This document shows, piece after piece, positions 1-12,350 of a DNA stretch of 64,000 nt (position 1 is its first letter; each line of letters opens with the position of its first letter). The stretch is taken from positions 10,542,001 through 10,606,000 of the forward strand of contig CM052817.1 of assembly GCA_028534125.1 (NCBI GenBank), written 5' to 3'. Position numbers and translations under genes: made by a program. Under the pieces are notes generated by a model. The model was given only the letters and a program-made list of their open reading frames with translations. It searched no databases and was not told the origin of the DNA. Source of the stretch: Lama glama. Taxonomy: Eukaryota.

Positions 1-2779
1 GGGAGAAGTCTCCAGAGTTCAGAGCAAGAGAGTAGAGTTATTTTTTTTAACCAAACACGTAAGATTCAAAGATTCTCTACTGTTTGAAGAAGATGCCGAA
101 AGCTGGGATGGTGAATGGTTGGACAACAAAAGAGGCATCTACCGCGGAAGAGTTGGGCTCTGAGTCTCTGCGGGCCTCTCTTCCTTCATCTCTACTTACA
201 AATGGTCGATATATCTAGTTCTGGCTTGCGGCAAAAATGAAATGAGATACCGCCATCCAATCCCACCTAGCGAATGTGAGCCACAGGTCTCCTAGCTGTC
301 CCTTCCAGCACAGGCACCAAAGCTCCAGAAAAGAATAAGGCGCAGTCCTCTCCCTCCATGAGTTTCCAGATGGTTCTGATTTATGAAAGCATTTTATCAA
401 CTGCAAAGCATTGTCAGAATGCTTGTCGTTTTAACCCATTCACCAGTCCAGGAGGTTACTGTTGGACACATTTGAAAAATACCAAGACAAGAATCCACTG
501 AGTATGAGTATCTGACTCTTTTTTTTTTCTCGCAAATTAGAATATCATAGCAAGGATGACTTCTTTTGGCCTAAAAATTGGAAGCTGTAACTGTGTCTCT
601 TTTTAAGCAAAACCACTGTTAATATTGGAGGGCCTTGAATTTTTTTTTTCCTTTCCAAAGGGAAAGAAGTAATAGGTAAAACTGGGACTCAGAACCAGGG
701 AAAGTGGGAAGAGAAATGATCTCATATACATTTTTCCTTCCCTTAGGGATTGGTCATCTACAATTTGCTTCCTGAAGGCTCTGAATGGAGATGGTGCCAA
801 TTAAACAATGCCCTGGTTGGCTACAAAGCCCAGAGCTGAGAATGGGAAGAACACACTAGAAACACCACCTGCCAAGAGATGCAGTGAGACCTCAGGAAAG
901 ATATTACAAACATCTAATGAGAAATACGCAAGTTCTTAGAACTTCTGTAGCTAATGTCAATGAGGCAATGTGCCGAAGAGAAACCTGGATTGAATCAGTC
1001 TTTTAATATTTCCACAGCTGGGCCTGCTTGCATGAGGCTGGTGGATCATTTTCTTAAATAAGGCATGGTGCTGGTCTGACATTAGTTTAATATAGTAATT
1101 ATCAAGTGAAAAATAGCTACCGCACTGCCGTGAACCTGAATAATAATGCTCATAATTGCTGATTTGGGGCCCATCTTTAAAAAAAAAATAGACCTTTAAG
1201 TACTAAAACATTTCATAGGAAATACGTTCAGGTACCATGTCTAGAAGTGCGGAGAACTACTAAGGATACAATTAGCAGTTTATTTACGTAATCAGTCAAA
1301 CACTATTTATCATTTCTGTTATGGTCCTATTGAAAAGAAACAAATCAGCATGGGAACATCAAGTTATTTTATGCAGGCAGCCCTGAAAAAGTTATCATTA
1401 ATTTTTTTTTAAGCTTGAAAGTTGAATTGTACTAAATGCCTCTGTTGAAATCTGAATAAGCATAGTTGACTTAATCAAATGCTAGCACTACTTCATATAT
1501 TTGACATGACAAACATATCCAGGGGAAATTTTACCTGGACAAATACCTCCCTTAGGTAACTAACTTCAATTTTTGGAATATATTCAAAGCTTGCACTGAT
1601 TCTGAAACAACACACAAATAGCCTTCTACTGAGAGCCATCCCAAGTGGTTGATTTTTACCTGGAATATGAGAGTAATATGGAGACACCATGAATGTCTGT
1701 GAGGAAATGCCCTCCAAGCATTACTGATGATGCTTACCTCATAATTAGATTATGGAAGAACTTTTGTTTTTTCATTGTTCTTAGTGTAACTAGCCCATTC
1801 TGCCATAGCAAATGGGGTATTTTTCAAAGTGAAAAACAAACAAACAATCAAACGGCAAATCAGATTATTCAAAGGCAGGACTAAGTAAGACACACATATT
1901 TTTAGAAAAGCCTGTAAAGATAACGTAATTCTCTGTTTGCTCCAGACAATATGGAGAATTTGTCTTGTACAAAGGGAGTGGCTTTATTACTATGCCCCCA
2001 GGTGACCTTACTTCCTCCTTCTACAGATCTTCAAAATGATTATTAGTGTCAATTGTTGTCAATTTCAAGTCCTCCTGACTTATTGAAAAGCCAAAGATAA
2101 TGTTGCATCAGGGAAGTTCTCATCAAAAAATATATTAAAGGTAGCACCACTTGGGAAAGGACCAACTTCATAAAAATAAATAAGCGTATTATAATGCCTG
2201 TATGAAGCTGATTCTCTTGGAATGAATAATAAAAGCCAAATACACGAAGGCACCAAGTTCTGTAAGCTCTGGAATTCAAATACTCCAACACGACTACCTT
2301 GATTAAACAGTAAATAATGAAACACACCCTAATGGGTGATTTTGTCACAGAGCCTCTATATTCTTAATGAAATCCACACGAACCTTGTTTAATATAGTTG
2401 TAGAAGAATGTTAACTTAACCTGACTTCAACAAATGCTTTATTTTATCCTATTTGCATAAATAAGGTGCATTCACAGCCAAAAAACATAACACAAAGTGA
2501 AGATTAAACTATACAGGGGCTTGTGGGGAGGATGCTTCAAATCAGCTCACGGCACTAAACAAGAACTTCACAAACCGGTATTATGCAAAGGGAATACTGC
2601 TTATATCTCAGCCTAACACTGATTTTTCAAAATGTTTTATGTTAAAAAATGATATTAATGTTACATTTGGATATATTGTCTAAAAATGTGATGGTGAGCA
2701 TTATTAAAAACAGGTTTATAAACAGAGCATCAATAAAAGATCTGGCTACAACCTGCTAATAGTCAAGTCCTAGAAACAA

Positions 2780-2900
2780 GAGCTCACTAGACCTTTAGCT
2801 CCTCGAAGGCAAGAGATTTTGCTCATTCATCTTCTTATCACCAGGACACAGAGAGATGACACATGGAACATCCTTGAGGAAGGTTACATAAATAAATAGG
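2780..2900 (+). mobile_element. L2 LINE 3' end fragment
   Basis: Decayed L2 terminus pattern (ctagac..agctcctcgaaggcaagaga ... gacacatgga ... aaataaatag); boundaries approximate. Confidence 0.55.
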
Positions 2901-3947
2901 CATTTCAACTGAAATTATGCCCAATAAGATCTGTTCAATAAGAAGATGTGTGTATGGTTGTTGAGGACTACTTATTCTATGACATTTGATGACACAATTG
3001 GACTAACCAGGAAGGTTAGCAGACTATGTAGTAAAATACTCTACTAACCCGTGGCTCAAAGCATTAAAGAAAAAAAAAATCAGTTCTAGTATTTTAGGTT
3101 GGGTAGATGTGGTTTTAATTTGGTCTTTAAAAATCTAAGTCTCAAGTCTTGGATCTATTTGTGGACTAATTTCTAAATTGCTCTGTGCCATTTCTGTTAC
3201 TTTCTAACACAAAATAAGCTGCTGCAACTGGAGATTGTGATGGGGGAAACTTACTAAAATGTGGGGAAAACCATGTGTGTAATAATGTGCCTGTGAGCTA
3301 AATAACCAGTCCCCTCAGGTCATGTTTATACTATTTACCAGTGCTACATCATTCGTTCAGTTCACAAATATTTATTGAAAACCTTATGTTTACAAGGTAT
3401 TGTGGTAGAGCCTTTTCTGTCATGGCTTTAGGAACCAAAGGGTTTTAGAAGATTAGAAAAGTCTTTGCCGGCCTGAGCCTTTTCCCACTGGAAGCGGATT
3501 TGATCACCTGCTTCTGAGTGCTCCACAGTGCTTGGTTTGCCCTGCTCTTCCACTGTGGATGCTACTGCGTTCGAGTTAATCATGTCCATCTCCCTTGTGA
3601 AACTGTATGCTCCTTTAAGGCAAGTGATATTACACACCCATGTGTGCTCAGCATCTGCCCAAATGCAGCATAGTCAACTGGAGGGCCTACGATATGGACT
3701 CTGGATTTAAATTCAGGCAGGTTTTAGCCTCCACCCCTACTCCCACCCTCTGTTGAGGTGTTTTATTCCTTAGTGGGGAGCCATGAGTACAGTTGTCGAG
3801 CATAAGCAGAGACAAGACTCCTGTGCATAATGGGATCAGGTGAATCTCTTATAATTTTTTCCATATAATGTATCATGTTCACACTCCATTGTAACTGCTC
3901 TGGAATTACCAAGATTTCATATCTGAGCATAACTGGGGTCCTTCAAG

Positions 3948-4084
3948 TAGAACTGCCAGGTTTAAGAAAGAAAAACCAGCACATCCAGTTAACTTTGAAT
4001 TTTAGATAAACGACAAATAATTTTGTAGTGTAAGTATGTCCCCAGTATTGCATTTTTATACTTACATTTTATCTAAGAACCCTA
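3948..4084. mobile_element. MER53-like hAT MITE, internally deleted
   Basis: ccagttaactttgaattttagataaacgacaaataa..gtaagtatgtccc resembles MER53; perfect 8-bp TSD ccttcaag at 3940-3947 and 4085-4092. Confidence 0.85.
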
Positions 4085-4129
4085 CCTTCAAGATGATGAG
4101 TAAACTGGATGCAAAGAGGACCAAGTAAG

Positions 4130-4289
4130 CTGTTCCTCAATAATTTTTTGTTGAGCGGAACATTTACCTTCTCCGGCCCCCAGACAATAAATGCCAGTAG
4201 CACCACCCATCATTATGATAATGAGAAGCTGGCCACATTTATCCTGTTACCCACCATGAGGTGGTGCCATCTTGGTTTGAGAACCATAG
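4130..4289. mobile_element. MER20/MER20B-like hAT-Charlie remnant
   Basis: aaatgccagtagcacc core and ggtttgagaaccatag terminus typical of the MER20 group. Confidence 0.5.
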
Positions 4290-5779
4290 GGAGGCTAATA
4301 CGAGTAGGAATATACTCCACAAAGCCAAGAGTCAGGAAATGCACATGCCAGGACCCCATGGATATCATAGTCACAGAGTCTCAAAAATGAAGCATATGTC
4401 CATTTCCTGACCAGCACCTCATTCAGACCTCCTAGCCAAGCTCTTGGGAGCAGTCATACGTCTGACTTGCTCAAGCCTGTATCTTTGCAATGAATTTTAC
4501 CCCCGTGAGAAAAGAGCCAAGAATCCTCCCAGATTTCTTAACAGCTTGACTTTTAAATGCAAAATAAAAAGTCACCAAATCTTAAAGCTCAATTATAAAT
4601 ATGATGATAATTATACATTCAACCTGTATAGCACTTTAAATTTATTCAAAGCACTCTTCTGTCCATTTTCTCTTGGGATCATCAATGCGGTATTTATCAG
4701 TAGATGAGAGAATGGAATGTCTGCTCAATCTCTTGTTATGACCAATTTTCAACTCTTGATATCATCAATTTGAAACCACAAATGGGAAGAGGTCCAGTCT
4801 CCTCTTTCCCTTCAGAAGTCTGTTAGTTCATCCATCAGTCAGAGGCTTTCTCTCCAGTCTTTTTTATAACTAGTCCCAGATTTTGCATGACTATTACAAG
4901 ACTATTTTCTTTTTGAGCTACTGAGTTGATTATGTAAATTGAAGGTAAGAGTTTTTAATACACTGAAGTCAAAAGTAAATGAAGAAATTTGTGATGAACT
5001 GTCACCTTCTCAAGATCTGTCTACCTCACAACAACAATGTCTGGCAAAAAGCAAGAATTCAGGGCATTCTGAATGAATGAATCAATGAATGAGTGAGGAG
5101 ACAAATGAATTTCACATGAACATCTGCTTTAGTCCGAACTTAATTTACCCCAAATCTTACCAGCCTAATGAAAACTTCTGTTGAAAAGGACCACTCACTA
5201 AAATCACAATTTCAAGGACCAGAGCTTTCCAGAAACCATTTAGTGCAGCTCTAAGCAAAGGAAAGCATTTTCCAGAGTCATCTGAGACAAAGACACCTCA
5301 GTCATCATGTAACAAAAACGCCACAATCATCCAGTAACTCACCATCAAGGGCTACTCTGAAGGGCTACTCGTTTCTCTTAGATTAATTTTTGAATGCAGC
5401 CACAGTTCATTTCCCTTTATCTGGTCCTCAGTAAACAAGTCATAGAGCCCAAAGGAGCCTAGCACAGTGGCTGGCACTCAGTAAGTATCCAACAGCTCCT
5501 GGTTCTCTGGGCAAAATAGAAGGTGGAAACTTCGCCCTCTGTTGGACAGGTGTCATAGTTGTAGTAGTTTGGGACTTATTTAAGTCACCATCTTCCATTA
5601 ATATTAGCTTTTCTCCCAGTAGGTCATTAAATTCTTAAGGTTCTCATATAGAAAGAAGACAAGTCTGCTCTGGCTTTGCCCAAAGCCAGAGATTTTTCTG
5701 GCTCTGTACTAAATGACAGAATGAATAAAGGGAACTATCCTCTCATTTAATTCCAAGTGACTGGCATATCAAAGGCTTA

Positions 5780-6070
5780 ATTCATTCTCTTACTCATTTA
5801 TTCATCCATTCATTTATTCCTGCAATAAGTATTGATTGTATATTTTTCAAGGGCAGCACTAAGCTAAGGTTTCATATTACTTCATCTTATTTAATCTTCA
5901 CAAGTATCTTATGATGTTGGCATTATTGTCACCTGATATCACGTATGAAGATCATGAAGAAACTGAAGTCAAGATCATTCAGGCAGCAGGCCCAGCGTCC
6001 CGTCACCTGCCCAACATCACCCAACTGTGGTGCGGCCAAGACTCAAAATAATCCAGAGTCTGTGCTTTTG
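5780..6070 (-). mobile_element. L2 tail plus MIR remnant
   Basis: (ttca)n-type L2 end followed by reverse MIR core (atcttatttaatcttcacaa..gaaactgaagtc..). Confidence 0.55.
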
Positions 6071-7089
6071 ATCTCTATCTCCATAAATTAAAAAAGAAAG
6101 AAAAGAATGAAGAATTTTCAGAGGAACAAAGTTACTTTTCAGAGGAAGAGCCCCTGGACTGCTTGGCACGTGTCTCTTGAGGAAGCTAAGGGTCTTTAGG
6201 CACTGGCCACAAGAACCTGTACCTTTCCAGAACTCAGGTAGACTCTTTAGAGGTGTTAGTTATAGAAAAGATCCAGGCACAGATTCTGGTCTTATAAATC
6301 CCTCCTCCCTGTGTGCTGCATGCACGCTTTTCACGTGTAACTTTTTAAAATACCCACATTCACACCCCTGTAGTTATTAAACGTGGTGCCAGAACAAGTA
6401 GGTGCATATTCAATGGATGATTTTTCCCAGAAATATATTTTTTAATCATGGAATATGATATTAGAGAGAAAGAGAAAGTGGGGGGAAATGCTTGCAGAAT
6501 TCTTATACAGCAAGTGCAATAAAAACCCAGCTGGAGAAGGTGGACCAATAAAACACAGGGGAGAAAATGTAACCAGAGAGAGCCAAGCTACTTGGGCCTT
6601 GTAGAATTTCTCTGCCTTAGGAGGACACATCCAAATTCACAGACATCAGAAGACAAAGTGGAAGAACTTCATCAACACTGTAGTACTGTCAGAGCTTTCA
6701 GCGAAAAGGCGGATAGGGAAGAAAACGTAACAGAGAAGCAGCGTGTGCCGAAATGACTCCACAGAGGGGCCGATGTGTGCAGGTGTCTCATGGGACCTGA
6801 TGACTGAGGAAAACGGAAGAGAAAGGCACGGAGAATGATGACATGTCCCCAAAATAACTCTCTGCTTTTGGAGAGTGAAGTGAACCCCCAGCAGCTACAG
6901 AGTCAGCAGGAATTGTCTTCGGCTCGGGTGGTCCTGCCAGGAATCCTCCCTCCAGAACAAATGCGGAAGTCAAGGTGAAGTAACAGTTGCAGGACAGAAA
7001 ATTGCTGGGACCCACCAACCCTCAAACTGCAATGTCCTGGATCTCAGTCTAGATGCTGAAGTGCGCTCCCTGGAATTCAGTGCAGTAAG

Positions 7090-7285
7090 AACAGCTCTTT
7101 ATGGAGCATCTTCCAGGCACTGGAAACTCCGCTGAGAAATTTACATGTGTCATCTCATCAACCTTCTCTTTAGAGATGCATCCCCTGATGCTTAGAAAGT
7201 GACCTCTGCCAAGTCACACAGGTAGTGGGAGACAAAGCTAGGTTTGAACCTGGGTATCAGACCCGGAACCCCTGCCTGAACCACG
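7090..7285 (-). mobile_element. MIR SINE
   Basis: Reverse MIR motifs: tttacatgtgtcatctcat, gccaagtcacacaggtagtggga..ggtttgaacctggg. Confidence 0.65.
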
Positions 7286-8664
7286 CACCTTTCCCTAAAA
7301 CGCAAACCAACAGGAAGCGCTCCAAAACAAGATGGCGTGTTAGTATTTGTAGCATCCCTGCTCCCCTAACCTCCAAAGCAGGGCCAACCTAGACATAGTT
7401 TAGTGTTTGGAGTCTTTAGCCCCCAAAGCGCAGGGCCGGCAAGTACTCAGGCACACTCCTCTTCCTCCCACACATCACTTACCAGCGATGACCAGTGGGT
7501 TTCTCAGCCGAAACCCCAGAAGGAGGTAATCTCTTCAACGCCGCATTTCAGCAAGAGCTGCCCTGCAGAGGGGTCTGTAGGCTCCCTGCTGCCCAGCAAG
7601 CCTGTGCAGAAAGCTGTGCACACTTCATAAGAACCTGCCAATATCAAGGGTGTCCAACGCACACAAGCTACGGAGATGCCAAGGTGTGCATCGGTGTCCA
7701 CAATACTGGTCAGTGCTGACTGCCATAGTCTGTAAGTCCTCTGAGGTGCCTTGATTACATTATCTCATTAAATTTTCACTGCAAGCCGGCGATGGTCGTA
7801 TTGTGCCCACTTAACAGATAAGGAAATGGAGGCTCTGTTTACCAACCCAATCACAGAGCAAAACCCAAGAGTGTTCACCTTGAACACTTGTGCCCTTTCT
7901 ACCACACCATGCAGCCTCCCAGCCTCTCCAATGACATGGGACACAGGAGAACTTTCTCTATGCATCTCTTCCAGCAGAGAAATGTTTCCTGAACAAATTG
8001 GGGACCAGACACTCCCTAGAGATGGAGACACATGACCAGTGTGGCCCTGGACACGGCCTGGGTCTCCTTGGGGTTACCGGGATCTTTACCCCAAGGTGTC
8101 TGTGCTGGTCCATGCTCAAAAAGGGGGTAGAGGAAAATCAGTTCTTGCTCAAAGCTAGCAGTGAGCAAGCGACCTATGACCGTTGCTTCTGTCCAAGATG
8201 AAAATCATATACCTCACTGAACTTGTAAAATAAGTGCACAGAGGGCTCTGAGAGCCCCATTCCTCTGCTTGCCTGGCCTTCTCTGTCAAATAAGATGCAG
8301 TAATTATTTGTGACTTATGTTCCTGGAAATGTGTGAACTGACAACTCCTCTGCTTTCCCCTTGGCTACGGGAGGTGTTGGCATAGGATGGGAGGGAGGAA
8401 GGTGGACGCCCTGACTCTGACTTTGGAGTCGGTTGACTTGAGGCCTAATGACTTCCCAGCTGGGGCTCTGGGGGCCAAGGGTCTATTTTTCAGAAAAGAC
8501 ACTTTTCAGCTCTAAAGGTCTTTAACCACGGACCTGCTGAGAAAGAGGGAGTCTCTTACCCCTGCCCCTCTTCCTCACTGGAGGTTGCAGCTGACCCACA
8601 GAGAAACCACCTCCCTGGAACTGCCCGGCTCTCCAGCCGCTGGGGAAACACCTTCCTGATGCTC

Positions 8665-8863
8665 CGTAAAGCAAGGGCAGGCGTGTGGCCTTACAGACGC
8701 ACAGTCCAGCTGCTAACACGGTCCAGTGACCTTGTCCGTTGGGCCCCTCTGCACATCAACCCCACCCCTGTCTTCTAGAGAGACATCAGTGTCTCCATCC
8801 GGCCGTCCGGATCATACCTCACCTGGGGATGGGGTCCCACTCCCATCAGGAGAGTAGGGACTG
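8665..8863 (+). repeat. 199-bp sequence, copy 1 (left of gap)
   Basis: Identical to 9364-9562 (cgtaaagcaagggcagg...gagagtagggactg). Confidence 0.95.
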
Positions 8864-9363
8864 NNNNNNNNNNNNNNNNNNNNNNNNNNNNNNNNNNNNN
8901 NNNNNNNNNNNNNNNNNNNNNNNNNNNNNNNNNNNNNNNNNNNNNNNNNNNNNNNNNNNNNNNNNNNNNNNNNNNNNNNNNNNNNNNNNNNNNNNNNNNN
9001 NNNNNNNNNNNNNNNNNNNNNNNNNNNNNNNNNNNNNNNNNNNNNNNNNNNNNNNNNNNNNNNNNNNNNNNNNNNNNNNNNNNNNNNNNNNNNNNNNNNN
9101 NNNNNNNNNNNNNNNNNNNNNNNNNNNNNNNNNNNNNNNNNNNNNNNNNNNNNNNNNNNNNNNNNNNNNNNNNNNNNNNNNNNNNNNNNNNNNNNNNNNN
9201 NNNNNNNNNNNNNNNNNNNNNNNNNNNNNNNNNNNNNNNNNNNNNNNNNNNNNNNNNNNNNNNNNNNNNNNNNNNNNNNNNNNNNNNNNNNNNNNNNNNN
9301 NNNNNNNNNNNNNNNNNNNNNNNNNNNNNNNNNNNNNNNNNNNNNNNNNNNNNNNNNNNNNNN
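8864..9363. other. Assembly gap of 500 N
   Basis: Run of exactly 500 N. Confidence 0.99.
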
Positions 9364-9562
9364 CGTAAAGCAAGGGCAGGCGTGTGGCCTTACAGACGCA
9401 CAGTCCAGCTGCTAACACGGTCCAGTGACCTTGTCCGTTGGGCCCCTCTGCACATCAACCCCACCCCTGTCTTCTAGAGAGACATCAGTGTCTCCATCCG
9501 GCCGTCCGGATCATACCTCACCTGGGGATGGGGTCCCACTCCCATCAGGAGAGTAGGGACTG
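9364..9562 (+). repeat. 199-bp sequence, copy 2 (right of gap)
   Basis: Identical to 8665-8863 and starts at the first base after the gap. Confidence 0.95.
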
Positions 9563-9827
9563 AGTGGGTGGGGCAACAGGACCAATACAGAGCTGCTTTC
9601 TGAAAGGAAGAATGTCTCCCCAAATATAACTATTTCCTGAATTATTATACTGCTGGGTGCCCCCCTCCAACTTAAAATAAATACAACCATATCCTAGAGC
9701 TTATTGGAAAACACCAGCAAATCATGGCGGATTAAGTTCTTCCTGTTTAAAAAGTCCGAAGATCTCAGTAAAGGGATTGTTTTGCCCACATTCTGTTTCG
9801 GGCTCTAAACTTTTCCCCAAATGTCCA

Positions 9828-10000
9828 CTCATCCATTCAATCATTCATTCAATCAATATTTACTAAGCACCTATCATGTGCAAGTTTCTGTCTTAATCTG
9901 AGAATTTCAGCAATTAATAAAACAAAGTCCCTGTGCACACGAAGATGCTATTCTAATGGAGGATGACAGACAGCAAATAAACAAGGAAACACGTATGTAG
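9828..10000 (-). mobile_element. L2 LINE 3' end
   Basis: cattcaatcattcattcaatcaatatttactaagcacctatcatgtgcaag is the reverse of the L2 terminus. Confidence 0.8.
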
Positions 10001-10400
10001 GGATTGATAGTAGCTTAGAGATAAGCTACCTGAGAGCCAGAGGGACCCTCTGAAAACTTGGGGGAAGGAAGAAGGAAAAGTTTTTTCTGGTAAGGGCTAA
10101 ATAAACCTGGAATGTTTCACTGTACCTAGAATGAAAGGAATTGGGGGAAATGTTTTACATATATAAATGTAATAGCCAAGTCCTGCTTTCTTCCTCGGAA
10201 ATACAAAGCTCTCAGCAACCTGTGAGGTCTCAAGGAAGAGCCGCAGCCCCCAGCCCAGGGCCAGGTGGGCGTTTTCTCTGCCCGGCACAGTGTGCCCAGA
10301 CCGCGAATGGGTTAAGGCGGCCACGCCGAAGCTCGCAGCACTGCATAAACAGCGCGTCAGGCGTTCTAAGCATCCTTCATCTTCCCTATCTCCCGGCCCT

Positions 10401-10503
10401 AGGCTGTCAATCAGCTGTCACTTGCCTGCACATCAGCAGTGTGTGCACATCACCAGGCTGTCAGCAAGGCAGCTGATGAGACTCGGCTCCAGGCTGTCAA
10501 TCA
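10401..10503. promoter_or_regulatory. Candidate PBX-MEIS/PKNOX (TALE) binding-site cluster
   Basis: CTGTCAATCA (reverse of TGATTGACAG) at 10404-10413 and 10494-10503; extra CTGTCA at 10415 and 10458; CpG-retaining flank at 10240-10400. Confidence 0.55.
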
Positions 10504-12317
10504 TCTTTGTTTCTCTTCTACGCTCGGGAAATATTTTGGCTCAGAGAAACAAAGAAACCTGGGCAACAATGGCTCGTAGTCAGGCATTTACTCCTGTACG
10601 TGAATGTAAGATCTTAAACAAGCACTGATCACGCCTCACCTCCAAATGATGTCGGGGTCTGGGGTGGACAGAGGGGAGATGGAGAATCTGTTTTCATAGT
10701 ACAGGCTTTCAAACTGTACTTCTGGTTCCCTGAGCAGACCCTGCTGGATTCACAATCCCCCTTTCCTCACCCCCCCACCAAAAAAAAAGGCACAGGAACA
10801 TAAAACAACGATAACATGAAGTTATCTGAGCTTATGCCTCAGGAAAAAATCAGAAGGCTGGGAGGATAGGAGGATGGATGACTGCTCGGTTCGAAATTAT
10901 TCACCATTGATCAGGCTGGCTTTTGGGGACAGAGTAATTGTTGGATTGCCGAGTTCATTTATCTCACAGGGAATTCTGAAACGGTAGCTTCTGCGCCCGA
11001 CTCTCCCACTCTCTAGGGTGTGAGGCTGCCTGGGGGCGCCCACAGACAGAAAAGCGAGCGGACTCATCAGGATCTGGATGAGGGGGGCTGGCCGATGCTT
11101 GCAACAGGCGTCATTTCACTGAATGTAAAGATCTCCTAGAACAGCCCCTGGCCTGGCGTGCCGGCTGCCCCTCTCAACCCAAATGTTTATTGAAAACGCC
11201 CCAGCCTCTATAAGCCCACAATATACAAATCTAAAGAGAGACTCCTCGCAATGAGTTTCAATTCGGCAGCAAATCCAAGTGGTCCTGCTCTCCCCAGTTT
11301 GCCACTTTTGCAAAATCACCATGTATGTATTAGCATAATTAATCAACTCATCATGCAATAGATCCAAATATACTAAGTAGTCTAAAGTCCTGTAAAATTA
11401 AGGGGAAAAAAAAGCCCAAACACTTGTTATACTCTAGGGGCTTTGAAATGCATTCAGCAACAATCAGATCTTTTAATTGTGTTTATCAAGGCCCGATTAC
11501 CTATCATTTACCCAATGCTCTGGACCGACCTGTTCATACATACTGTGGCTGGTTCCATCATCAGCTCCGTGCTTGTGACATTTGGGCTGTTTTACGACAG
11601 ACAGATCCTTTCCTACGCACAAGGCTGATTTCTGAAAACGCATCTCTCTCTGATCTAACTGGACATTAATTGCTTTTGTGCTGATGTATCTATGCCTCTT
11701 GGTCTTACAGCACAACTAGCAAATCTGATCTCTGACAAGTTGGCTGAACCTAATCAGGACAGATCAGCTGTTACCCAAGGTGCCACAGGCTGTAATTTGA
11801 CGATCTTTACAGAGTTATCACTCGCCAGAAAGACAAGGAACTATGAATTCTGTCAACACTAATCCAAAACTGTGTGTTCCAAGCAGCTGTGGGCTCCCCC
11901 ACCCCCAAGAAAAGATAGCACTTGTCAAATAAATACCTGAGATAATTGATAAGAGGGAATTAGAAGGATGCAGCTGATACAGTGACTGGGAGGATTTTTT
12001 TTTAAGGGAACTTCAGAAGCAGAACGTTGGGTGAGAAGTGTGAGTTGTCAAGGATAAAGAAGGATCTCAGGGAAGAAATGGATAGCAAGTCTGTACAACT
12101 CAGCTCCCGCTTATCGCTGGGTGACTTGGTTCATATTGGCCTCGCTCGCTAACCAGGCAAGTGCCCAAACATCCTCAGCCTCGAAGGAAATCTCCCACAG
12201 CCAAGTCAGGCTGCCACCCGGTGACAGTGGCTTGACTGGAGGCAAGAGCACAGGGATTATTGTCAGCCTGTCAGCACTGAGCTATTCTCTGAAGACTCTG
12301 TGGTTTTCTTACAGGCA

Positions 12318-12318
<1 letters not shown>

Positions 12319-12348
<30 letters not shown>

Positions 12349-12350
12349 GA
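12319..12350 (+). repeat. poly(A)20 followed by (GA)6
   Basis: Read directly from sequence. Confidence 0.9.

Noticed and set aside
2000..2146. Strong + strand acceptor cttcctccttctacag at 2026
   Set aside because: Stops in all three frames downstream and only a weak donor (gtagca); no support for a coding exon
7483..7562. 80-nt minus-strand exon-like unit with GTAAGT donor
   Set aside because: All three frames contain stops and the acceptor pyrimidine tract is short
8739..9418. 209-aa and 190-aa ORFs
   Set aside because: Artefacts of translating through the N gap
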